Source of the DNA: Escherichia phage ECP2304
Sequence record: OR880647.1
Strand: one strand, 5' to 3'
DNA: 63,590 nucleotides
In this document: positions 18,987-28,260 of the stretch, in pieces
Numbering within the stretch: position 1 is the first letter of the stretch
Layout: each line of letters starts with the position of its first letter
The notes under the pieces: generated by a model
Database searches by the model: none
What the model was told of the DNA's origin: nothing
Seen by the model: the letters and a program-made list of their open reading frames with translations, nothing else
Program-made: the position numbers and the translations under genes

Positions 18987-18995
18987 GGATAAGAA

Positions 18996-19403
18996 ATGAC
19001 CGACACCAAAAAAGGCAAAGTTGCAGTAGCTAAAAGCTTCCGTGATTTTAAAACTGTGAGCCGGGCAAATGATCCGGCAAACACTAAGCCTATGAATGTG
19101 GTTATTCCTGGTGTAGGCGACACTGGCGAAAAACTCTACATTCGTAGTCGCTACTGCACAGAGTATCGTGACGCAGAATTGAAAGCACAACGTCAACTGT
19201 TGGCACTTATGCAGGGTAAAGACGGGGAAGTAACGGATGCTATGAAGGAAGATATCCTTACCCGTTCACTGTGTAATCTTGTAGCAGGTTGGACGTTTGA
19301 CGAGCCACCAACTGTTGACAACGTGTTTGAGTTCTTAACGGAGAACCCAACTGTCCGAGAAGACCTTAACGTATTTGCCGCTAAAGATAGTAATTTTTTC
19401 TAA
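18996..19403 (+). CDS. tail assembly chaperone (G-like)
   Basis: Precedes tape measure; ends AAT TTT TTC TAA with slippery heptamer. Confidence 0.65.
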   Translation: MTDTKKGKVAVAKSFRDFKTVSRANDPANTKPMNVVIPGVGDTGEKLYIRSRYCTEYRDAELKAQRQLLALMQGKDGEVTDAMKEDILTRSLCNLVAGWTFDEPPTVDNVFEFLTENPTVREDLNVFAAKDSNFF

Positions 19404-19801
19404 AAGCGCGCAGACAGTTAATTGATAAGAAGATCCTCCAATGGGAACTAAATAGTAAAGTCCCCGGCGGGGGATCTTCTTTATTATCGCAACTGCAAAA
19501 GGTTGAGGAACAGTCTGGTAAGACGCCACCTAAGCTTAAAGAATATCGGGAAAAGGAAATACCGCTTTGCTTCGAATATCTATCTACTTTATTTGATGAT
19601 ATCTACACTGGAGGAGATTTTAGTTATACAGAATTGCACAGCTATCAAGTGACAATGGGCTTACATCTTCAACCGTACGAATGCGAAATACTGCGGCAGC
19701 TATGGCTTGAAAAGCGCGTGTCAGAAGCTGAACAAAATGCTAAACTCATGGAAAGTCAAATGCAAAATCAAAATAAAGGTAGAAGAAAAAGGAGAAGATA
19801 A
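18996..19801 (+). CDS. tail assembly chaperone GT fusion via programmed -1 frameshift
   Basis: Slippery T_TTT_TTC at 19394-19400; -1 frame is open from 19394 to TAA at 19799-19801 with no start codon of its own. Confidence 0.55.
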
Positions 19802-22800
19802 TGGCCGAAACCGCTTCGCTAGTAATCAGAGTTGACGCGAGAGGGATTAGTACCGCGGACTCTATGTTGCGGAACTTAGCGCGTACAGGTGACACAGCGG
19901 AGCGGTCTGCTCAACGTGTTACCTCCAGCTATAAAACATTGTCTAACACATCTAACGAACTTGCAACTGTCACAAGTCGTTTGGATGCTGCAATTGTAGG
20001 AATGATTAGCGTTGACACTATTAGCCGTGTTATTTCGCTATCGGACTCCTGGACTATCCTCACCAACAAACTTGAACTGGCTCGTACGGGTAATGAAACC
20101 GTTGCAGATGCGCAGCAACGCGTGTTTGATATTGCCCAGCGTTCTCGTACAAGCTTAGAAGCGACTGCAACTCTGTACTCCCGTCTCCAGCGTGCGATGA
20201 AGAATACTGGTATGACAGGGATGGAGCTTGGACGCATTACCGAAACAATTAACAAAGCAATGATTGTTTCCGGTGCAACATCCCATGAAGCAAGTGCTGC
20301 CCTTATTCAGTTTTCGCAAGCAATGGCATCCGGTGTTCTGCGTGGGGATGAATTCCGCTCTGTTGCAGAACAAGCTCCGCGCTTAACTCAAATCATGTCC
20401 GATTCTTTAGGTGTTACCATTGGACAATTGCGTGAACTGGCCTACAGCGGCAAGTTAACAGCTGATGTGGTTATCAAATCGTTGTCTGGTGCTGCGGATA
20501 CAATTGATAAAGAATTTAGCCGCACTATGCCAACGTTCAACCAGCAATGGACAGTTGCAACAAACAACCTGACTAAGTTTATGGGTGAATCCCAAAAGAC
20601 TCAAGGTGCGGTCGCTGCATTGGGACAGACGTTTGTTGCATTATCCGAAAACTTAGGAACGGTTGTAACGGTTGGTTCAGCTTTAGCCACAGTAATCACC
20701 GCCCGTATCATTACGGCAATGCTTGCTAAGACTAAAGCGTCTATAGCTGCTGCAAAAGCATCTCAGATGGAAGCTGCACAAACTGCGGCAACTACGGCGG
20801 TGATGCAAAGCTCCATTGGCGTTACTGCACAAAAAGCGGCTGCGGACCGTGCTGCTTCCCTTGCATCTTTGCAGGTTGCACGCGGTGCGTTAGCGGTTGC
20901 TAAGGGTACGGCAGCGGAAGCGGGTGCTCGCCTTGCGCTCATCAATGCTACCCGTGCTCACTCTGCGGCAATTATGGCGGACGTACAAGCGCGGCAAGCG
21001 CTCAATGCTGCTCTTAATGCAACTGTACCAGCCGCAAGCCGGGCAGCTACAGCAATGAGCGTGCTGCGCGGTGCTATGGGGTTAATTGGCGGTCCTGTTG
21101 GTGTAGCAATGCTGGCAGCGGGTGCAATTTACTCCTATAAAGCGTCGCTGGAAGCTGGTCGTGCGGAAAACAATCAGTTTGCAGATAGTGTTGATAGTGT
21201 ACGCGAAAAACTGATGCAAATGACGGAAGCTCAGCTTGCAGCTAATGCTGTTAAAGCTAGAGCAATACTTCCGGAACTTGAAGAGCAAATGAAGCGCGAG
21301 CAGACCGCTCTTAAATCTGCAACGGAAACGCAGAAGTTCTATGAAGCACAATTGAAGCGTCGAGCTGCATCCGGTCGAGATACTGCTAGTGCTGAGAAGA
21401 ACTTACAAATTGCTACGGATAATGTCAAGCTTGCTGCTGAGCGTGCGGAAGAAGCGCAACGTCGTTACAATAACGTATTGGAAATGACAAGCCCCGCTAT
21501 CGAGAAGATAATCCCTCTAGCGCGTCAGCTTGCTGCGGATATGAAGGCTGTCCTTAACATTAAATCCGGTCCGTTAATTGACGAAAAAGTATTGGATCGC
21601 TTTAAAGGTCAGCTCGGGGACGTTAACCGTGAGATTGATGTTAACACGGTTAAGGGTGCTGGCAATGCTCGCCAAGCTGCAATCCTTAGTGGGCTGTATC
21701 AGACGCTGGGCAAGGATGCGGATACATACGGAAGTCTTATTCGCAAAGTAGCTATGGGTCAGGACGTTAGCTCAGAGGCAACAAGCGAATCCGCTAAAGA
21801 GCTTGTTAAATATGCTCAAGAATTAGCAGAAGCTTACGGCAAGAATTATGATCTCGAGGAAGCGGAGAGGAACCGAACTAAAGCGACAAAAGACGGTATT
21901 AAAGCAGAACAACAGAACGCCAAAGTTATTGACGATTTACGCAACAAGCTTAACGAAGTAACCACAGGGGTTAAGGAAAACGCCAAAGCTAAAGCTCAAG
22001 CTGTGGCGCTTAATAAGCTCAATGCGTCTGCAACGGCTGCGGAAAAAGCAGAAGTTGTTAGTCTTGCTGCTGCAATTTACGATGCAGAAGAAGCTCAAAA
22101 GAAACTGGACGAGCGTAAGAAGAATCGTAAGTTTGCTCAGGGTCTGTTAGATGAAGGTATGACAGACTATGAAAAAATCGCGTACGAGCAAAATACAAAG
22201 ATTGCAGAGCTTAATGCAAAACAGCGAGCGGATGATTTAGCTTACTATCAGCTTTACGAAGATGCTAAAACCCAAGTGCTGAAAAAAGCAAGCATGGAAA
22301 GGGAAAACCTGGATAAAGTTCTTATGAACCGAATGATATCCTTTTCTCAGGAATCGTTGGGTATTATACTGTCTGGCCTGGAAGAAGGTGTTAGTAAGCA
22401 AAACTTTATTTATAAAGCGATGTTTGCTGCACAGAAAGCAATGCAAATCCCATCAATCCTTGCTAACACGGAAACCGCAGCATCCGCCGCGCTTGCGTGG
22501 GGTACACAGCAGGGCGGTGCTACAATGGGCGCAGCTATGGCTGGTATAGTGAAAGCTATGGGTTACGCTTCCGCTGCCACTGTGGGTGGCTTAGCGATTG
22601 CTGGTATGGCTCACGACGGTATCGATAACGTTCCGCGCGAAGGTACATGGTTGCTGGATAAGGGTGAACGTGTACTTAATGCTCCGTCTAATGACAAGTT
22701 AAATCGCTTCCTGGATAGCCAATCTTCACAACAAGGTGGCGTGAATATGTCAGGCGGTGTTACCATTATTCAGAATATTACTGTACAAGGGAACGGCGAT

Positions 22801-22917
22801 GCAGCGCTCAAGCAAGCAATGCAGCAAGCCGCTCGTGATGGTGCGGAGCAGGGATATAATAAAGTTCTTACAGACTTTGCATCCCGAGGAACAATTCGTA
22901 GAACTGCAATGGGGTAA
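19801..22917 (+). CDS. tape measure protein
   Basis: 1038 aa, Ala-rich coiled-coil, follows chaperone. Confidence 0.85.
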   Translation: MAETASLVIRVDARGISTADSMLRNLARTGDTAERSAQRVTSSYKTLSNTSNELATVTSRLDAAIVGMISVDTISRVISLSDSWTILTNKLELARTGNETVADAQQRVFDIAQRSRTSLEATATLYSRLQRAMKNTGMTGMELGRITETINKAMIVSGATSHEASAALIQFSQAMASGVLRGDEFRSVAEQAPRLTQIMSDSLGVTIGQLRELAYSGKLTADVVIKSLSGAADTIDKEFSRTMPTFNQQWTVATNNLTKFMGESQKTQGAVAALGQTFVALSENLGTVVTVGSALATVITARIITAMLAKTKASIAAAKASQMEAAQTAATTAVMQSSIGVTAQKAAADRAASLASLQVARGALAVAKGTAAEAGARLALINATRAHSAAIMADVQARQALNAALNATVPAASRAATAMSVLRGAMGLIGGPVGVAMLAAGAIYSYKASLEAGRAENNQFADSVDSVREKLMQMTEAQLAANAVKARAILPELEEQMKREQTALKSATETQKFYEAQLKRRAASGRDTASAEKNLQIATDNVKLAAERAEEAQRRYNNVLEMTSPAIEKIIPLARQLAADMKAVLNIKSGPLIDEKVLDRFKGQLGDVNREIDVNTVKGAGNARQAAILSGLYQTLGKDADTYGSLIRKVAMGQDVSSEATSESAKELVKYAQELAEAYGKNYDLEEAERNRTKATKDGIKAEQQNAKVIDDLRNKLNEVTTGVKENAKAKAQAVALNKLNASATAAEKAEVVSLAAAIYDAEEAQKKLDERKKNRKFAQGLLDEGMTDYEKIAYEQNTKIAELNAKQRADDLAYYQLYEDAKTQVLKKASMERENLDKVLMNRMISFSQESLGIILSGLEEGVSKQNFIYKAMFAAQKAMQIPSILANTETAASAALAWGTQQGGATMGAAMAGIVKAMGYASAATVGGLAIAGMAHDGIDNVPREGTWLLDKGERVLNAPSNDKLNRFLDSQSSQQGGVNMSGGVTIIQNITVQGNGDAALKQAMQQAARDGAEQGYNKVLTDFASRGTIRRTAMG

Positions 22918-22920
22918 TAT

Positions 22921-23505
22921 ATGCTCACTTGGCCCGAAGAGCTTAGACCATCGGAAATGGAATGGTATCTAGTCTCAAACGCTGTAGAATTTACAAGCCC
23001 CTTCAATGGGGCTTCCCAAACTGTGTCATATCCCGGATCTCGTTGGGAAGCGACGCTGACATTTAGCAACTTAAATGACTGGCAATCCAGAAAGCTTGAG
23101 TCAACGTTAGCTAAACTTGATGGTAAAGCTGGTCGCATTATGCTTCAGGATTTTGGTCGCTGGGGGCGACCTCCAATGGGATCACCTGTGGTTAATGGGG
23201 CAAATAACACTGGGACAACTTTGTCAACTAAGGGCTGGACTCCTGACCGTAAGGTATTATGGGAAGGGGACTACATCGCAGTGAACAATGAATTAAAATT
23301 AATAACAGAAGATGCTTGGAGTGATTCTTCTGGTAACGTGATTTTAAATATTGCCCCGATGTTAAGAAGCATCCCTCCAAACGGTGCAAAGATTGAAACT
23401 CAGAAACCACAAGGATTTTTCCGTTTAGCCGAAAACACAAATGGAGTTAAACGTCAGCCTGCTTTTAATAACTCCTTTACTTTAAAATTCTCGGAGGCAT
23501 TTTAA
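22921..23505 (+). CDS. minor tail protein (distal tail, M-like position)
   Basis: Gene order after tape measure. Confidence 0.45.
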   Translation: MLTWPEELRPSEMEWYLVSNAVEFTSPFNGASQTVSYPGSRWEATLTFSNLNDWQSRKLESTLAKLDGKAGRIMLQDFGRWGRPPMGSPVVNGANNTGTTLSTKGWTPDRKVLWEGDYIAVNNELKLITEDAWSDSSGNVILNIAPMLRSIPPNGAKIETQKPQGFFRLAENTNGVKRQPAFNNSFTLKFSEAF

Positions 23506-24089
23506 TGTTATTCAGTCCGTTTAGCGACAGCCTTCTTAGCGCAATGGAGCGACCAAACGTTGCGCTAGTGTTGGCAGCGGAAATAGACTTCCCTTCCGGT
23601 ATAACCCGCGTTCATACTGGAACAGGAACTGTTATTATCAATGGTCAGACTTTTCTTGGTGTAGGCACTCTAGGGGATGTTGGATCGGTTACAGAAGAAA
23701 ACAGCACAAGCTCAAGCACTATGTCCATGGCACTTAGCGGTCTGGATATGAGTCTTGTAGGAGAAACGTTAAACGAAGAAGTTATTGGCCGCAATGTTAT
23801 TTGCTATCTTGCGGTTATGAACGATCAAGGCGTTGTCACTGGTGCAAACGTATTATTTGAAGGGTTTATCACAGACACTGCTTTACAAGCAGGCCAACAG
23901 AATGCGTTGAGTTATGTTATTGCCAATGTCTTTGAGCGTTGGTCGCAGGGTTTACCGGATCGCTATACGGATGAAAGTCAGCAACGTTTACATCCGGGTG
24001 ATCGGTTCTTTAGATATGTTGCGCAAATGGCTGAACGTTCAATCTTTTGGGGGAGTAAAAAAGATGCGCCAGGATTCACGTATGAGTAA
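23505..24089 (+). CDS. minor tail protein (L-like position)
   Basis: Gene order. Confidence 0.45.
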   Translation: MLFSPFSDSLLSAMERPNVALVLAAEIDFPSGITRVHTGTGTVIINGQTFLGVGTLGDVGSVTEENSTSSSTMSMALSGLDMSLVGETLNEEVIGRNVICYLAVMNDQGVVTGANVLFEGFITDTALQAGQQNALSYVIANVFERWSQGLPDRYTDESQQRLHPGDRFFRYVAQMAERSIFWGSKKDAPGFTYE

Positions 24090-24498
24090 AATGCCAGGAT
24101 GGCAGACACGTTTATTAACCACAGTAAAGGAGTTAGCATCGACTCCTTTTTCTTGGGGCGAAAACGATTGCTGTACGTTTGCCGCTAAATGTGTTGATGC
24201 ACAATACAACACAAATATTTATAATCAGATAGCAGGTAAATATAGCACAGAGATTGGAAGCAAGCGGTTTTCAATTGAAAAAGTCGGAACAGCTTATCTT
24301 CCAACCTTGCTGGATGCTTACCTGAGTGAGCGTGTTGATAAGAACTTTGCACAAAGAGGAGATGTGGTTACATTTGAGGGAGCATTGGGCTTAACTGCTG
24401 GCATATTATGGACGGGATATGTATGGGCTATGGGTCCGAACGGTGTGGAAACATTCCCGCTTAATAAGATCAAAATCACGGATATTTGGAGGGTCTAA
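24064..24498 (+). CDS. tail assembly protein (K-like, possible NlpC/P60-type Cys peptidase)
   Basis: ATG 24064 after GGGGGAG; ENDCCTFAAKC Cys motif; gene order. Confidence 0.4.
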   Translation: MRQDSRMSKMPGWQTRLLTTVKELASTPFSWGENDCCTFAAKCVDAQYNTNIYNQIAGKYSTEIGSKRFSIEKVGTAYLPTLLDAYLSERVDKNFAQRGDVVTFEGALGLTAGILWTGYVWAMGPNGVETFPLNKIKITDIWRV

Positions 24499-27137
24499 TG
24501 CCACCAGCAATAATTGGAGCAGCAATAGCTTTAGGTGCTTCCGCTGCCGCTGCGGCGGGGTGGATTGCTACGGGCGTAGCTTTGGCTATTGGTATGGCTG
24601 CAACTGCGGCAGGTGCTCTTTTAACTAAGACACCTAATATGAACTTTAATGCTTATAAAGGTCAACAAGAGCGTAAGCAGGTTTTACGAGCGGCCGCAGC
24701 GTCCCGAACAGTGGTATACGGGACAACGGTTGCTTCCGGTGTTATGACGTTTGCCGAGGAGCAGCCTGGTGATCAAGACGAAGACGAACTCCTGCATATG
24801 GCGCTTGTTGTAGCTTCACATCCATTGGAGGGGATTGGTGATATTTGGCTTGGGGATGATCTTGTACAGACTTTCGAACAGTATGTTACTTGGGAATTTC
24901 ATAACGACCGTCAGACTGTAGATCCATTCATGTTAAGTAATTGCCCTTCCTGGAAAGAGGATATGATTGGGAAAGGGATTGCATGGCTTCGCATTAGCTT
25001 TAAATTTAATGCGGAAAAATTCCCGTCCGGCTTGCCAAACATTAAGCTCCTTAAAAGAGGTCGCCGTGTATATGATCCTCGTTCTGGTTATACCATATTT
25101 AGCGATAATGCAGCTTTAGTAATACTTGATTACTTCCGCACGTATTTAAAGCGAAAAGATGAAGATATTAACTGGGACCAGTTCAAAGAAGCTGCTAACA
25201 TCTGTGATGAATACGTCAATAACGCTGATGGTTCTACAGAGCGCCGTTATAAAATTAACGGTGAATTTGAAGTAGATGAGGCCCCCTCCAAAATTCTGGA
25301 TGCTATGTTGCAAGCTTGCGGTGGCGAGCTAACGTATGTGGCTGGTAAACACGGTCTTCTGGTTGGCGCATATTACGGTCCAGCAACAATGACGCTGGAC
25401 GAAAGTTGTATTGCTGGGGATATTAAGATTGTTCCAGAGACTTCTTATAAGGAGCGCACAAACACCATCACAGGGACATTTATTGATCCGAAGCAGAACT
25501 ACGTTGAAGCAGACTTCCCTCCAGTTGTGGTTAAGGAATGGGTGGAAAAGGATGGCGGGGAAATAACTCAGGACATGGATTTTCGTTTTGTAACTAGTGA
25601 ATATCAGGCACAACGTTTGTCTAATATTATTCTACGTCGTAAACGTGTTGGACGTACAATTGAAATCCCTTGTAATATGAAGGGTTATAAGTTCCGTCCA
25701 GGAATGTATGTAAAAGTTACCATCACGCAGATTGGCATGAAGAATGTTGAAATGCGCGTTACCAAATGGTCTTTTAATCCTAAAGGTGGTGTTAACCTTA
25801 CATTACGTCAAGATTTCCTGGAAATGTGGGACGATGCAATTGGTAAGCCTATGGACCGACCGGATCTTGTAGACTTGCCCAGTGGTGGTGTTGCTCAGCC
25901 TCAAAATCTTCAATACCAGATATTGCAGATTAGTGATGTGGTACAAGGGGTATTATCCTGGACCAACATGGGGCAAGTTGCATATAACCGCGTAGCCGTG
26001 CGACAGGGTGGCGTTACTATTTGGACCGCACAAGTCCCTGGCCAAAGCGTTCGTGTTACTGGGTTGCTGCGGGGAGCGTATACTGCGCACGTTCAAGCTG
26101 TATCGCACAGTGGCGCAATATCACCGGAAGCGTATCTGGAGTTTAATATTCAAGCCCCGCCGCCACCTTCATCTGTCGAAATACAGAACGGTTATTTTTC
26201 TTTAACTCTTATACCAAAGATTGCAGAGCTGACTAGTGTTAGCACACAATTTGATTTCTGGACGTCTGGTGAAACAAAACTGCCATCTGCTAATACAGAT
26301 GTTGTCGAGCGCGATGCTACCCGTGAAGGTATGGGTACTATATGGCAGAAAAATAACTTACTCAATGACCACACTTATTACTGGTATATAAGAACCATCA
26401 ACGCCTTTGGCTCGTCCGCGTTTGTGGAAGTTGAAGCTCGTGTATGGGCAGAAACTGCACAAATCATAGAAATTATGGATAAAGAGTTTCAAGAAACTGA
26501 GACTTTCAAAAACCTCATGGAGACTGTACAAAAGGTTGATGACGGTGTAACAGAATTGTCCAAAGTGGTAGAAGGTCAAGCTTCCAAGATAGATTCTGTT
26601 CAGACAAGTGTGGGTAATGTTGTTGTCACCGTGCAAGAACAGTCACAAGCACTAGCAGACCTTAACGGCAAACTTTCCGCTCAATGGGGTCAAAAAGTTC
26701 AGATTGACAATAATGGTAATAAATATGTTGCAGGTATGCAGCTAGGTATTGAAGGTAGCGGAGGACAATTCCAGTCTTACTTCATGGTAAGTGCGGACAA
26801 CTTCGCTATTTATAATCCTGTAGCGGGAGCAGCACAGCTTGCTTTTGCTATTAAAAACGGTCAAAGTTTCTTACAAGAAGCCTTTATTGAGAATGGCTCA
26901 ATCACCAACGCCAAGATTGGTAATGTTATTCAGTCCAATAACTGGAATGGTAACGATCAAGGTTGGGCAATTACAAAAGACGGTTATTGCGTATTTAATA
27001 ACGTTACCGTCAGAGGAACGGTCGTCGCTAACGCTGGTCAATTTGGTTTCAACGGAAATGGAGGTATTACAATTGATAGTAACGGTATTCGCGTTCCGTT
27101 ATCCGGCGGTGGTGTTGTCATAGTAGGACGCTGGTAA
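24498..27137 (+). CDS. tail tip / host specificity protein (J-like)
   Basis: 879 aa; ATG 24498 after GGAGGG; Gly/Ala-rich hydrophobic N-terminus; position after K-like gene. Confidence 0.6.
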   Translation: MPPAIIGAAIALGASAAAAAGWIATGVALAIGMAATAAGALLTKTPNMNFNAYKGQQERKQVLRAAAASRTVVYGTTVASGVMTFAEEQPGDQDEDELLHMALVVASHPLEGIGDIWLGDDLVQTFEQYVTWEFHNDRQTVDPFMLSNCPSWKEDMIGKGIAWLRISFKFNAEKFPSGLPNIKLLKRGRRVYDPRSGYTIFSDNAALVILDYFRTYLKRKDEDINWDQFKEAANICDEYVNNADGSTERRYKINGEFEVDEAPSKILDAMLQACGGELTYVAGKHGLLVGAYYGPATMTLDESCIAGDIKIVPETSYKERTNTITGTFIDPKQNYVEADFPPVVVKEWVEKDGGEITQDMDFRFVTSEYQAQRLSNIILRRKRVGRTIEIPCNMKGYKFRPGMYVKVTITQIGMKNVEMRVTKWSFNPKGGVNLTLRQDFLEMWDDAIGKPMDRPDLVDLPSGGVAQPQNLQYQILQISDVVQGVLSWTNMGQVAYNRVAVRQGGVTIWTAQVPGQSVRVTGLLRGAYTAHVQAVSHSGAISPEAYLEFNIQAPPPPSSVEIQNGYFSLTLIPKIAELTSVSTQFDFWTSGETKLPSANTDVVERDATREGMGTIWQKNNLLNDHTYYWYIRTINAFGSSAFVEVEARVWAETAQIIEIMDKEFQETETFKNLMETVQKVDDGVTELSKVVEGQASKIDSVQTSVGNVVVTVQEQSQALADLNGKLSAQWGQKVQIDNNGNKYVAGMQLGIEGSGGQFQSYFMVSADNFAIYNPVAGAAQLAFAIKNGQSFLQEAFIENGSITNAKIGNVIQSNNWNGNDQGWAITKDGYCVFNNVTVRGTVVANAGQFGFNGNGGITIDSNGIRVPLSGGGVVIVGRW

Positions 27138-27147
27138 TTAAACATTC

Positions 27148-27169
27148 AAACGGGGCCCATGCCCCGTTT
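27148..27169. terminator. bidirectional terminator between convergent genes
   Basis: AAA-CGGGGC-CCAT-GCCCCG-TTT, flanked by A and T runs. Confidence 0.65.
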
Positions 27170-27170
27170 A

Positions 27171-28136
27171 TTAATACATATTTGGTATAGCTATGAGCGG
27201 TGTCGAGATTACCACGTTACGACCGGGCAGTTGGAATTGTTGTCGCGAGTAGTTGCCTACCACGCGGTTTCTTGCAGCACCTACCACATTATCTGCCATG
27301 CGAATCCCGTTCATGCGAATATGATTATAACCTCCGTTGTTCTCAATAAGCGTGCCTGTGTATGCAAGTTGTATTAAGCTGTTACCAATATTTTGCCATC
27401 CTGCGCTAAGATCTACTGTTCCGTTGAATACAAAAGGCTTCTTAACCGTGGAGAACGTAACCTGCCCCGCGCTGTTCGTCATGGTAATACCATCACCAGG
27501 CTGTGGGGGAGTATTGTTAAATATTACTAATTCCATTCCAACAGAAGCCGCTACGTCATCAATTCCACCATATGCTGCGTTACGAACGATAATATTCGAA
27601 CCATCAAAACCTACTGACACGTTAGGGTCGTTCCAGCGAGCAAACGGAACACCACCGACAGGTAATGGCATACTGCCGTTAACCCATACGTACTGGGAAT
27701 ACTGACAAGTCATGAGAAAGGCTGCGTTGGATATTGCTGTGAAGTCCGTGGAGTTAGCCACAAATAGACCCTCGTTTCGCGTTCCTACAGGTAGCAGTTC
27801 CATAATCACCCCTGCCCATTGCGGCAGTCCCCTATAGGCACCCAGTCCGTCCGCACCTCGCAACGTAACTCCACTGTCCCCGTTTCGGGTTACGGACGTT
27901 ACATACATTGGATCGGGGATAACTAGCGTCTGATCAAATACTTCCAGTACTTCAACTGGGTTAGTCATAATAACGACAAGCTGCGATCCTGGCGTCAGAG
28001 GTGTATTGATGGTTAGCGTCTTATCGGATTGACAGCGTTGATTGAAGTTGGCGCAGAAAGACGGAGCGCGTAATCCTGCTGTTATCTGCATTGCAGGTCT
28101 GCCGTCATTGTAGTTTATATAAATACCCTCTGGCAT
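27171..28136 (-). CDS. hypothetical beta-rich protein on opposite strand within tail module
   Basis: ATG 28134-28136 after GGAG; track ORF extends to TTG at 28172; no signal peptide seen. Confidence 0.55.
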   Translation of the reverse strand: MPEGIYINYNDGRPAMQITAGLRAPSFCANFNQRCQSDKTLTINTPLTPGSQLVVIMTNPVEVLEVFDQTLVIPDPMYVTSVTRNGDSGVTLRGADGLGAYRGLPQWAGVIMELLPVGTRNEGLFVANSTDFTAISNAAFLMTCQYSQYVWVNGSMPLPVGGVPFARWNDPNVSVGFDGSNIIVRNAAYGGIDDVAASVGMELVIFNNTPPQPGDGITMTNSAGQVTFSTVKKPFVFNGTVDLSAGWQNIGNSLIQLAYTGTLIENNGGYNHIRMNGIRMADNVVGAARNRVVGNYSRQQFQLPGRNVVISTPLIAIPNMY

Positions 28137-28260
28137 AATTACTCCAACAATGTGGTTAAAGATGGTAGACAATATTGTTTTATATTCTAATTTAATTTAC
28201 CATATTTGTATGCCATAGTGCATCCATTAATTGATCAACTCTGCGAAACAAGAGGTAAAA

